A stretch of DNA of 63,930 nucleotides, counting the filler, from Kipferlia bialata (Eukaryota), in NCBI GenBank assembly GCA_003568945.1. It is 4 parts of 4 records of this genome, joined end to end, with 100 filler letters (N's around TTAATTAATTAA, not from the genome) between each part and the next. Parts side by side here need not be neighbours in the genome. Positions count along the whole stretch, not along the records: positions 1 to 20,670 come from BDIP01000363.1; 3 more parts are not named here. One strand, 5' to 3'. Of the stretch, positions 1 to 12,688 are shown one piece after another; positions within the stretch are counted from its first letter, which is position 1, and each line of letters begins with the position of its first letter. The position numbers and the translations under genes were made by a program. Under the pieces are notes generated by a model. That model was given only the letters and a program-made list of their open reading frames with translations, did not search any database and was not told the origin of the DNA.

Positions 1-46
<46 letters not shown>

Positions 47-100
47 GTACCAATGCACCGAAACTATATGTTGTCTACACAGTAGCACACTATGCGCTAC

Positions 101-192
101 CTCTCGTGCAGGTACACTGGCACTCTGGAGTGGCCAAAGGAGGCAATGTTCTTGAGGGTCTCTGGGGTGAGGAAGGGGGAGAGGGGGTCAAT

Positions 193-224
<32 letters not shown>

Positions 225-1745
225 CTATATGCACCCAGTACCTCTATCCAGGTTCCAGTCGAGGCTGAGCATGAACACCTCCTCCAGGGGGGTCATGGCA
301 TGCTTCACATTCTTGCCTGGGGGGTTACAGGGGCCTAATACTATATATACAATGGGTTAGGGGGGATAGAGAGAGACAGAGAGAGAGAGAGAGAGGGAGA
401 TCCCGTACCGGACATGGCCATGGCTCCCCTGATGATCATGATCTCGTCATAGGTCAGAGCATCCCTGCCACGCCTGGGTTAATGAATGAAGGGAGAAGGG
501 GGGAGTAGATGTGTGTATACACTTGTGTGAATGTACATATATCTGTCTGTATATATACCTGTTGTCCTTGGCTGCCTTGTGCTCTCTCAGCACACCTGGC
601 AGGTCATCGGCCTGGGGGGCCTGACAGTCAGCACGTAGTTACATAGTATAACACGTATGCTGTACTATTATAGCAAGGGGGGGGGCTGGCAGACAGCGCA
701 GACAGGTATATATACACAGAGAGAGAGCTACAACCACCCAACAGCACTAACCTGCTGGAAGGACCCGTCTCCGTGGAACTTGATGAGCTCAGCCAGCTCT
801 CTCCTGCAGTGTCAGACATATAAAGTAAAGAGTACACTAGTAGTAGAGGCCAATGATTACAGTACCTCTGGAAGTAGTGCTCCTCGTGTCCCAGCAGCTT
901 GTCGAGGCATATGGCGATAGGCTTGGATATGGGGTAGGACACAGTCATCAGGAAGTTGACGATGGGGGCGCAGAAGGAGCCAATCTCAAGGCCATATCTG
1001 AAGGTCAGGTTGGTGTTACAGTAGTAGAGAAATTACCACATCCTGCAAACACCCCTAGTGTATGGGTGTATGTATGTGAGTATGTGATCTACCCTCTAGT
1101 ACCTGGAGCATGCGGCCTGGGGGATGACCTCTCCGAACATAAGAACGGCACTCACGGATATGAGCACAGCGGCAACCTCTCCCACAACCTTGTCCAGACA
1201 GATGGGAAGGGCTGGGGGTGAGGGGGGGAGAAAGGTATCACCGAAACACCTCTAAGGCACTCTGGCATATCCACAGGAATATAATAGAGTGACTACATAA
1301 TATATAATGTAAAGATGATCATGCGGCACCGAAGGAGGGAGACCGAAACCGACCCTGAAGAAGAGAGAATCAACGAACAATACACCACACCCCGCTAAGT
1401 TCAATGTATATAAGAGTGTATGTGTGTGCCCCCATACCCTCCATAGCCAGGGCGTTCATCAGGAGCAGGGTGACCAGAAGCAGGTGGTGGTCCTTGATAA
1501 CAACAAGCACCCTCTTGGCATGCCTGGCCTCCTTGGCGGTGCCTGTCTCAATGATGATCTTCAGCTTCATGTCATCCATCGACAGCAGACCCAGGTTCAG
1601 TCCTGGGTGAGAGACAGAGCGGGAAAGACCCAAAACATCAGCAAAAGGTCGTACCTGAGCACAGACCGGCAAAACACACCAGACATGTGGAAGCAATGAT
1701 GTAGAGGATTGGATCCTCCACAATCTCTTCTTCTTCTCCTAGCAT
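101..1745 (-). CDS. CNNM/DUF21-CBS metal (Mg2+) transporter, 9 exons seen, 3' part lost at contig start
   Basis: Spliced reading MLGEEEEIVEDPILYIIASTCLVCFAGLCSG|LNLGLLSMDDMKLKII..HHLLLVTLLLMNALAMEA|LPICLD..LMFGEVIPQAACSR|YGLEIG..YPISKPIAICLDKLLG..|LTYDEIMIIRGAM..|AMTPLEEVFML..|GHSRVPVY. These are hallmark DUF21 and CBS motifs, and the GT-AG intron phases are consistent (exon1 1745-1655, exon2 1602-1438). Confidence 0.92.
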
Positions 1746-1873
1746 AGCTCACTGGCTGCCACAGAGCGGCGTCCTGACTGATCTCGGTACGACCGTTGAA
1801 TGGTCTCTACCCCCTCGAGGTTTTTGTCATTTTGAGTCAACTGACACTCTGTTTTATTTATAGGTCTAAGGCA

Positions 1874-3139
1874 ATGGTGAGGTCCGAAGAGGCTTATTCC
1901 GCCGTAAAAGCGCATCTCTATGAAGAGTATGGGTCTTTATTCGCATTGGACTCGAGAGCGGTCCCAGATAACAGTGCTGTACCGCATCTAGTGGTGCATC
2001 CTATCAAGGGTCAGGGGTGGAACGCAGTGTCTGTTATAGTGACCGTCCATGGCCCTGACAGTGAGGAAGTGGGGACCACAGGAGACGGCGGGAGAGAGAA
2101 GAAGGAGTACTTTGTGAAGCTGTGGTCCCCAGACTCGAGGGAGAGACCAAAACAGTTGAAGGAGGCATACACCATTTACCAGTCTCTGTCACAGCACTTG
2201 TCACACGGTACAGAGGGACATGATGTACATGGTGGTGTTCCCATGGTTCTGTTACCTACTCTCTTCTGTAGTGACAGGGGGGAGTGTGTGACCACGATAC
2301 ATGTACGTTCAACACAAGAAGCTGCACAACCAAGAGATGAGTGCAGTCCATCCTTCGACCAGTACAGTGTGTGTGTGTTTCAGAGTGTGAGTGGAGCCAT
2401 GCCTGTCAGTCCAGACCAGTGGGAGGGGAGTGAGACGGAGGTGGACATACAGCGTGGTGTCGCCCGGTTACTGAGAGACATGCGACTCCTCTGCCAGACC
2501 TGCCTATCAGACACCCCTGTACTGCCATACATACAGCAGTGGAGACAGGAGATGGGTGAGATAGCCCTGGGTCTAGAGGGCATACCCCCTGGCACATTCA
2601 GTGTCAACGCACATAGGGTGGCCTCAAGTATCATGCACCTCCTGGAGACTGTGTATGGGAGTGACAGTGAGGAGTCTTACACATGCAAGGAGTGCACATA
2701 TTCCCACCGTGACCTGTCCTACTGGAACCTTATATGGGGCACACCCTCCACAGAGTCAGAGATTATGCCTGACAAGTCGGATCGGCAAGAACCCTCCCTC
2801 TACCTCACCGACTTCGACAGGCTCTGTGTGGCCCCCCCTGAGCTAGACCTGGTCTTCCTATCTGCATACACCCCTACCACCCCCTGTGACATGGGTAGTA
2901 GGCGGCTTAGTGTCCTTGGTGATTCAGGGTTGGACAGTACAGATGCCCCTCTCAGACCAGGTATATATGCGTACAGGCTGTGTTGTCTGTGGAGGCATGG
3001 CGAGGACCTGCTTGACATATACAGACGCATGGCTAAGGGAGGGATAGAGAGTCAGGGGAGTAGCAGCCTCAAGGAGGTGGCCAATGAGTACATCGTCCCA
3101 GCCATTGAGGCGGTATTGGATACTGAGGAGGTTGTATAG
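1874..3139 (+). CDS. Intronless aminoglycoside-phosphotransferase/choline-kinase-like (APH family) kinase
   Basis: Single open frame of about 421 aa from ATG 1874. Kinase motifs: YFVKL, Brenner-type HRDLSYWNL, and LYLTDFD..VAPPELDL. Confidence 0.75.
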   Translation: MVRSEEAYSAVKAHLYEEYGSLFALDSRAVPDNSAVPHLVVHPIKGQGWNAVSVIVTVHGPDSEEVGTTGDGGREKKEYFVKLWSPDSRERPKQLKEAYTIYQSLSQHLSHGTEGHDVHGGVPMVLLPTLFCSDRGECVTTIHVRSTQEAAQPRDECSPSFDQYSVCVFQSVSGAMPVSPDQWEGSETEVDIQRGVARLLRDMRLLCQTCLSDTPVLPYIQQWRQEMGEIALGLEGIPPGTFSVNAHRVASSIMHLLETVYGSDSEESYTCKECTYSHRDLSYWNLIWGTPSTESEIMPDKSDRQEPSLYLTDFDRLCVAPPELDLVFLSAYTPTTPCDMGSRRLSVLGDSGLDSTDAPLRPGIYAYRLCCLWRHGEDLLDIYRRMAKGGIESQGSSSLKEVANEYIVPAIEAVLDTEEVV

Positions 3140-3200
3140 GTGTCACTGTGACGCAACCATGCACCATATCTATTGGCATCCACACCCATGCCCCCCCCCC

Positions 3201-4718
3201 TCACTCGAACTGGGCCACCATCTGGAGCGCATCCACCGCCAGAGTGACCCCAGCCAGTATGTCACCCACATCCACCAGACCACTCTCAGTGACACTGTTG
3301 GTGATGTGGACGGGCACCTCCACCCTCACCCCGGTGGGGCACATGCACTCCCCTTCTCTCTCCCCCTTGCCTAGGTCCTCCCTCCACACCGTAGTGACAC
3401 ACTCCGAGCTAGCCACGCCATCCCCTGCCCCCACCCTCTGTGCTAGTGCTCTATTCAACTCATGGGAGGAGTGGGGGCCTACAGCCAGCAGGGCACCCCC
3501 TCCCATGGCACCTGAGCCTGTGCCTGGGGGTGATTAGGGGTGTTAGGAGGATATATGTGTTTGTATATACCTATCTGCACCCATGTGTCGTTGATGTCAC
3601 TCAGCGTGTACTCAATGTCTCGGTACCCAGCCCTCTCCATGTCTCCCTCTCTCTCCCGCCTCAGTGCTGTACGCATCGCACCTGGTGTAGGAACTGAGTT
3701 CAACACATGTAGTGTATTGACGTATGTGTGCCACGTACCTATGCTAGGGCCTGCCATGAATAGTACATTGACACTCGAGTGCAGCAGCTTCTCCCCGTCT
3801 GTCTCCACAGTGGTATCATCCACGGCATCCCTAGGGGGTGGGAACGAGAGGTCTTGATGGTATAGAGATAGATCGTGTAGAAACCCCACCTTCTCTGGAG
3901 GCAGGATGTGACAAGCAGCATTGCCACCAGAGACACCACGGCGGGGAGAGACCTTTGTGCCAGTAGCACTGCCCTGTTGTCTATGGAGTCCTCGTTGATG
4001 CGCTCCACAGTGCCTGGGTTAGTAAGCATAGTATAAAGGACATGTCTGTCGACCCCTGACCTGAGCCTAGAGACACCGGCGCCCCCACCCTGACCCCCAT
4101 ATCCTCCGAGTCCTGGTATGACAGCGACCCCACGTCCAGGGACAGACCCCCTCCCTCTGTGTCTCTGTACACCATGCCTGTCACCCATGTGCCTGTCACA
4201 CCTAGCAGATCGGCACTCACCCCAGTGGGTATGTGTCCATGGCCAGTGGCGTCTGATGGTACTGAGAGTCGCACGGCACCTGACCTAGGACACACATGCT
4301 ATGGGGTTATTGGAATTTTCTGTGGTAGTGTGGTAGTTGAGAGTCTTATAGAAGAAGGAGATATGTATGTGTCCAAACATACCGTGACCACTCCCCCCAC
4401 ATCCCCTCCCACCACTGCCAGTACCACTGTTTTGCCACCCCTAGACAGATACCCCTTCTCCCACCCCCCGCCATCCTCTCTCTCCTCATGTGACCACTCT
4501 CCACGGACCGGCAGCACCATCACGACCTACTCAGTCAGTGTCTAATAGATATCAGAGAGTAAGAGAATATGAGATTGTCCACCGCACCTTCCCCGACTGG
4601 TCTATCTTGACTCTGTTGGGTGCTGTGTCTGGGTCACTGTTGGCCAGGACGTCCCTAGCCATGTCGGCTACCACTGTAGTGCGGGTACTCTCGCAGACAC
4701 TGTTGCGAGGGGCTTTCT
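3201..4718 (-). CDS. M42 (TET/glutamyl aminopeptidase)-like protein, apparently degenerate; first exon unresolved
   Basis: Spliced exons give RVKIDQSGKVVMVL, KTVVLAVVGGDVGGVV, LDVGSLSYQDSEDMGVRVGAPV, SIDNRA, MGGGALLAVGP and VPVHITNSVTESGLVDVGDI, in the order of M42 motifs. TGA at 3203-3201. Confidence 0.55.
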
Positions 4719-5676
4719 CTGTGTTAGTGATAGAAGATCAGGACCTAGCAAACATCAGCATAGACACAGTGTAAGAGTAGCAATAGATTCCGGTATTGAA
4801 CTCACTCTCAGACTCTTAGTCTAGGTGAAGAGTATTCACTGAAGACTGCTCTGTCGACAAACAATATTCAGGTATCAGTGAGAGATGCTCGAGAGAATGT
4901 GAGTAGTGAAACTGTTCTGATTGTTATCCCTGTGAGTTTGACACTCAAACATGGAACTCTCAATGTGGCCTACCTGCGATGATACGCTGGAACCACTCTA
5001 GTATGCGATCACTGTCCTAGGGTTAGAGGCACTTGACATAGCCTATGTAAATGTCAGAATGATAACACATCTACCAGTGACTCTTGAGCCTCAAGTTGAG
5101 GTGCTTTAGTATAAGACCGGTTTGCAAACCATTCGACCATTCGTGTAGTTCCTAATTAGAGATATTGCATAAGTATATGTAGTTTTGCTTGAATATATGT
5201 AGCAGACAGTATACCAAGTACCTGTCCCATCATAGCTGTGCATATCTCGTCGAGGGATGTGATCACCATGTCTGGCTGTCCATTCTCCTCAGACATCTCC
5301 ACTCTGGGCTGAGACCCTGTGCCGCCCTGTAGCACACTGACCCCCCCTACACTGGTGTCTGGCAGTGGCCAGGGCTGGGTACCAGTCTGTATAGGAACAG
5401 GGGCAGAGGTGGACGTAGGGGGGAGGGAGGGGACGGGAGGAACCCCGGCAAGAGAGAGTCTCCGAGCCTTTGCTATCTCTTTCTATGTAAGTAGAAGGGA
5501 CTCCCACTGTCAATACTATAGGGTGTATATGTGGTAGGCAGACCAACTTGTTGTAGAGAGAGAGAGCATTTGCATTGTCCGTGCGAGAGCTGAACGTGCG
5601 ATAGATATCCTAACTTGTCACTATACAGTACCCAACACTCAACTGCACTGACACTACAGTTCCATCAGGAGGGTCT

Positions 5677-8600
5677 CTATTCAGCCTCCATCTCTCCCTC
5701 CTCATCCTCCTCATACTGTGTGACACTACTCAGCCACCCGTCGCCATATTGCTGGGCCCTGAGGGTAAAGGGTGGTACATGTCATACAACAAGAGAATAG
5801 ATATGGATATATATCCCACCTTGCCAGCAGCACATCGCTCAGCTGCTTGAATAAGGGTCCAAACGACGCAAACTTGGGTACTTGTGCTAAGGCCGTGAGG
5901 TGCTGGCGGTAGTGCTCAACCTGGTGGTCAGATACCAACTGGGACCAGAACGCAGAGGGTTCTACGCAAAAGTATGAGGTGCTCTCTGAACATACTTCTC
6001 AATGTAAAATGAAACATGTATAACACTAAACATATGCGAATGGCTACCTTCTTCGTCGCTGCATCCACCCTGAGAATGAATGCCTCGTCTCTCACACACC
6101 TGAGCTCCTGGGGTGAGACAGGCAGATACCTACACACACATACACGGCAGAGTGATATATATATATATATATATATGGACCACTTGCAAAGACGCTCCAC
6201 ATATGTACATGCACAACCCACCCCGTAGTCTCCTCCAATGACCAGTCTATAGAGGACAGAGGCGGCGTCGAAGCTGGCCTAGGGTGAGGGGGCAGTATGT
6301 CAGTTGTATATATAGGTACACATACCCTGACTAGCACTCTTGTGTCAGTCGTATAAATGTGTATAAATACACAGTCTACGAGAAACCTCACCTGGATTAA
6401 CCCCGCCCCCTTCTCCCCCTTGAGCTGTGCAATGAGAGACCCGGACCTCACGGAGTCACCACCCACGGAGGCAGCCTCTAGAGAGTGAGGATAGGTGGCA
6501 CACGGTAACAGTAGTCATACATACTCTAGTCCTCGTACTGTGTATACCATACACATACATGTATACATAGAGAGAGACACGTACCGAGTGCCGCCTGGCA
6601 TGCCGCAGGTGGTGCAGGCCACGTCATGTCCTGGCTGGCCTTGTCTACACTGTCCTGGGGCATGCCCTGCTGGGCCTTAAGGGCATGCAGGTGGCTGGGG
6701 TGAGTACATACACGACATATACATATATATTAAATATACATATATATATATTCATTATATATATTTGACGGACCAGAGATATGGAGAGTAAGAACTACAT
6801 GTCCTTCTGGTATGTAGGTGGCTGGGGTATATATATATATATATATATTTGACGGACTAAAGACATATAGAGTAAGAACGACACGCTCTGCTGGGTATGT
6901 AGGTGGCTGGGGTTAACACTACAGAGATAGAGAGAGTGCAGTGTATTATACATATCACAAGAGCTGGCTGGAGTGAGGCAGAGATGGACATAGTATTTAC
7001 AGGGAACGTCATACACCAACAATGTGATAACAGGTGGAGAGAAAAGAGACTATATGAAACACCCGTACCTCTTGATGAGCTCTGCCTGAGATGCCTGCCC
7101 CCCCTTCACCACCGGTGTCTGACGCCTGGGTATCCTGATGTCCATGGCAGGGGATGGGTGGGGCATGTCAAGGGGGGCAGAGTCTATGAGGCCACTGCTC
7201 TGCATCACTACGTCACCCAATAGATCAACACCCGCAGCCTCTCTCTCCCTCTCCCTCTCCCTCTCCTCCAGCATCTCTCTCTCGTGGGACCCGTCAATGT
7301 GGCTCTGCCTATCCACACCAGTCAGATGCTGGGGTTACGAGTAGTCTGAAGACACACCATTGACAGACTCGGTATCAATGTAACTCGCATACAATTACCA
7401 ACTGCATAATCCATATGAAAATAGTGATACAGGTATATTTCTGGTAGACTGAAAAGTAGACGTCTGTAGAACATGTACTGTCCCACCCACCTCCAGGACT
7501 ATGGCACTGTGCGTCATGAGTTGGGCCATGAGGAGCTTGGCACTGGGGGGTGAGGGCAGGATGGGGAATATATACATAGATGCACATACACACTATAAAC
7601 TCCATCTATGTACATACACATAACCTATACCTCTGTGTTGTGGATGAGACCCCAGACACGTCGGGGCCTACCCCATAGGGGGTGTGGCCTGGGGTCAGTG
7701 GGGACACGGGGCAGGTATACATAGAAATCAAAGTAGTATTATGTGTTGAGAGAGAGTATATATAGTCTCCGCCATGCACCTGGCGTGTATATCTGGTCCT
7801 TGGCGGTGTACAGTGGTGTCTCGAATATGTTCTCTGGCGTGTGTGTCACTGCCAGCCTTGATGATGCCTCCTCAGTATCCAGGGCATAGGTGTCATCCAT
7901 GTGCAACTTCCTGGAAGGGTAAGGCTATCGGTAGAGTATATGATATATGGTAATGCCTCTTCTGACCGAATCACAGTCCATGTGACACTACCTGAAGTCC
8001 TCTCTGAACACACTGCCCGTGTTGTACTCTGAGGCATGCATGATACGCTCATAGGCCTCAACAAGGGTGGCGGTGTTGCCAAGGGCATTGCTGCCTGGGG
8101 GGTAGGCATATAATCCACAGCACAGTTCCAGAGTACCGACTCCTAGGATACAGTTAGATAGTACACCTATGGTATATAGTACTCATACCTAGTCCGATGG
8201 CATTGGCGATGTTCTCTGCCTGGTTCTTACTCCTGCCCTTACCACCGTGGGTCCTAGGGGTGAGGGGGGTACAAGGGTGGACTCATATACAAGTATATAC
8301 ACACACACACACACCATGTCCCACCTGTCGTAGAATGACGCCACGTACAGTGCCCAGAACTGGGTGTCAGACAGAGGGGCACCCGTCTTCTGCACAAGTC
8401 TGGGATGAGAGAGAGAGAGAGAGAGAGAGAGGGAGAACATGAATGAAGCATACGATACGCACCTCTTGTACAGCTGCTTCACACTGGGTCTCTCCCCCAG
8501 CACCTGTTCTCTCAGTCCGTCAGGCACATACAGACGGTCCTCGGTCCTGACACGTCAGTGGGGTGGGTTCAAGTGTATACTATACGACGTCAATATATCA

Positions 8601-9100
8601 AGAGGGCACACTCTGACACTATAACAGAGTGGGAGTACTATATATACTGACACCAATGTCCACCAACCTGTGCCACACAAAGCAGTTGGTGCTCCTGGCC
8701 ACCTGGGCACCAGACTGAGAGTCACCTAGGGGTGAGAGGTATCCATGAGAGTGTAAGTGCTCTGGCTAAACCCTATATAGATATATATGTATATATATGT
8801 ATATATGTATATAGCTTCCATGCACAATGTGTGTCGTACCCACGCTGACTGGGATGAGTGACACCAGTCTCGAGGGCATGGGGTGGGTCTGCTTGCCCTG
8901 GAGGTGGTCCAGCCTGGGGGGAGAGAGGGGAGGGGGGGAGGGAGAGAGGGAGAGAGGGAGAGAGAGCTGTTGTTGTGAATTACTACACATGTAACCAAAG
9001 GATATTCATACCCATCCATACCTAGCTCTCTCCGTGCCGTGCACTGCCCAGAAGTCATCCTCGGCCATCCCACCCTCGGTCACGAGCCACTTCCAACTCC
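5677..9100 (-). CDS. TFIIH subunit p62 (GTF2H1/Tfb1)-like, two BSD domains; 5' end missing
   Basis: Exons WKWLVTEGGMAEDDFWAVH (BSD1-like), LREQVLGERPSVKQLYKR|LVQKTGAPLSDTQFWALYVASFYDR (BSD2-like) and AKLLMAQLMTHSAIVLE (like p62 'RFNHHSAMVL'). Last exon ends ..EDEEGEMEAE TAG at 5679-5677. Confidence 0.6.
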
Positions 9101-9192
9101 CTGGGGGATGAGGGATTGGAGAGTAAGTAGGAAGGGGGAAGGCAAAGAGAGAGAGCGGTGGGGAGGGGGGGGGGGGGGGGGGTTTAAACAAA

Positions 9193-9229
<37 letters not shown>

Positions 9230-9252
9230 CCCTCCTCCCCTTCTTACCCCAG

Positions 9253-12200
9253 GAAATCAGCATGCGTGTCCCAGAGAGTGGGGTGGCCAAGATTGTGGCA
9301 GGGATCAGGGAGTGTCAGGTGTGTACTGTATTCACTACATGCTATATGCCATATGCTATATATACGCTGTATTCTGTGTACTATATACTGTATATATGCT
9401 TCTCTTTACTCTATGATCTCTACACTGTGTTGTCTAGGTTTCTCCAGTGGCAGATTAGGGAATGCCAGGTGTATGGGTACAATAATATGTAGTATGATCT
9501 CACTCATTTGTCGCGCTCTCTCTCTCTATCCCCCCCCCCTCTCACCCCAGATCCAGTACTATGCCATCAAGAAGGACTATGGCAACCAGACCCTGCCAGA
9601 CTCCATCTGGGAGGCAGGTATTAGACATCATATACACACATATATATATATATATATATACACATTGTATCATCTCTAATTGCACTGCTATAGGGTATAT
9701 AACCTGACCCTGCCAGACTCAATCTGGGAGCCGTATATATATACATTCTCTTCTCTCTCTAGTAATATAGTGTATGTATATCTCGTTATCTGACATCAGT
9801 GAGGCTCCACGAGGCCCGCATTGCCACACCATACAAACATAGTATTCATTTCTTTAGTATATATTCATTGTATATAGTATATATCTATATATATATTGTA
9901 TGTATGTCTCTTTAACTTTTATCTTATGGTCAGTGAGGCTCCACGAGGCCCGCATTGCCACGGCCCACAAGGAGAAGGTGGAGAGGCAGCAGAGGGAGGA
10001 GGTTAGTGTATATATGTATATATATATATATATAGTATATAGGGTGTATATATGGTATATTTATAGGTATTGCCACTGCCCACATGGAGAAGGTGGAGAG
10101 GCAGCAGAGAGAGGAGGTGAGGGAATAGTGTATATTAGGGATATTTATGTGGGTTACAGTACACGCTGTGAGTGCACACATATATATGTCTACTGTGTTT
10201 CACCCCAGAAGCTGAAGGCCGAGAGGGAGGAGGAGAGAGAGAGAGAGAGGCTCAGGGACCTCGAGATCAAGAGACAGGTACACAGTCACCATTAAGGCTT
10301 TTACTGATTAGAACGAGATATGTTCTCCGTGTACTCATGCCGAGCTAGGTCTCCCTCTCTCTCTCCCCACTTACCCCCCCCCCCAGGACAAGCTTGCGGC
10401 ATTCTCTCTCTCTCTCGCCGTATATGCACATATAGTTTTATGTGTGTGTGTATGTTTATACATACTTACCCCCAGGCCGAGCAGCTTGAGAGGCAGCGCA
10501 AGGAGGACGAGGCTAGGGCTATCAAGGTATGGTATAGCAGATGTGTGTATGTATGTATGTGTTCATATGTCTCTCTAAGTATGGCATGCAAATATATATA
10601 TGCGTGTATATTATACTATATCTAACTGTCAGATTGAGCTTGCCAAGAGGCAGGACCGGGAGATACTAAATAGTTTATGCATATATATATATGTGTGTGT
10701 GTGAGTGTATGGGTTTTGTGTACCTTCCTCTAACTATCAGATTGAGCTTGCCAAGAGGCAGGACCGGGAGATACTAAGTATTATATGCATATGTGTGTTT
10801 ATATATATATGTTCTTGCGTATATAGGTACACCCTAACTATCAGATTGAGCTGGCCAAGAGGCAGGATAGGGAGAGACATATTGATGAATACATTAGATA
10901 CTATATTGTGTATGCAAATATATATGAATATATGTTACTGAGAGTGTATATACTATATCTAACCCCTAGATTGAGCTGGCTAAGAGGCAGGACCGGGAGA
11001 GACTAAATAGTATATGTATGTATATATATGTATATATATATACACCCTAACTATCAGATTGAGCTAGCCAAGAGGCAGGACCGGGAGAGACTAAATAGTT
11101 TATGCATATATATATATATATATGTGTATGAGTGTATAGGTTTTGTATACTTCTCTAACATCCAGATTGAGCTGGCTAAGAGACAGGACAGGGAGAGACT
11201 ACATACTTTGTGCATATATATAGATACATATATATGTATGTATATGTATGAGTGTATATATATATACTATATCTAACCCCCAGATTGAGCTTGCCAAGAG
11301 GCAGGACCGGGAGAGACATATATAATTATATGTATATTTATGTGTATAGATTTTGTATACTTCCTCTAACATCCAGATTGAGCTTGCCAAGAGGCAGGAG
11401 AAGGAGAGACATATTGATGCCAATATGTGTATATGTATATATATGATACTGAGAGTGTATATACTATCTAACCACCAGATTGAGCTTGCCAAGAGGCAGG
11501 AGAAGGAGAGACATTATGATGAATGTATATATTAGATACTCTATTATATATGCAAATATGAATATAAGTATCTGCATGTATATACTACCTCTAACTATCA
11601 GATTGAGCTAGCCAAGAGGCAGGAGAAGGAGAGGAGGGAGAGAGAGATGGGGAGGCAGGGCAGGGACGGGAGGCAGGACGGTACGCATATATATATTATC
11701 TATAGTGTAGTTTTCTATTCATATATATGTATGTGTGTTTGTGTTCTGATATCAGGCCGTAACCGCGAGGGTGGCAGGACAGTGGAGGCACTATAATATA
11801 ATAATTTTTGTATTATGCCATTATGTCATTTTGTTATGTTAAGTAGTGTGTATATACTACCAGTATGTACATAGTTGACTTACCCCTAGGCCGTAACCGG
11901 GTATATATATATATATATATACTACTTACCCTTAGGCCGTAACCGCGAGGGTGGCAGGACAGTGGAGGCCGAGATGAAGAAGTTCATCACTCCCAGGTAG
12001 AACAGACTATAGATAGACAGAATATAGACTACATATAGATCTATGTGTGTGTATATCTTCTCTCTGCCCCTACATCCTTATTGACATATTATTATACATA
12101 TTATTATACATATTAAGAAGTTCAGCGGACCCAGGTAGGGCTAGGGGTGGTGGTGTAAGTTTGGCGCATATATGAGAGAGAGTGTGAATAACTGTCATAT

Positions 12201-12653
12201 ATTGGTCTCTCTTTCCTTCTCTCTCTCTCTCTTTCTCTCTCTCTTCCAACCCCCAGGCCCGATCTCCGTGCCCTACCCACCATGGATGACATAGTCCCGG
12301 CAAGGTACATGCATATATATGTATATATATAATATGTATATACTTATGTATAGTCATTAAGGGATATATTGTACATAGTATACCGGTGCCCTTCCCACCA
12401 TGGATGACATAGTCCCGGCAAGGTATGTAGTCATGAATACATATATCCATTTATATATATATGCATCAATAGAGCACATATTTGTATCTATATACCCACT
12501 ATGGATGACATAGTGGTGACATAGTCCCGGCCCGGCCCGGCAAGGTATATATATATATGTATATATGTATGTATATATATTGTTATATATATGCATTAAG
12601 GGATATATAGCATATAGGATACTGATCCAAACCATGGACGACATAGTCCCAGC

Positions 12654-12688
<35 letters not shown>

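Noticed and set aside
1..43. Terminal G-run as a telomere
   Set aside because: A pure homopolymer inside an intron of a truncated gene, not a telomeric repeat unit.
10622..11630. CRISPR-like repeat-spacer appearance (also 12257-13140 and 56785-57495)
   Set aside because: The repeats are copies of an exon terminus plus splice site, the spacers are mutually related low-complexity TA DNA, there are no cas genes, and the context is eukaryotic.
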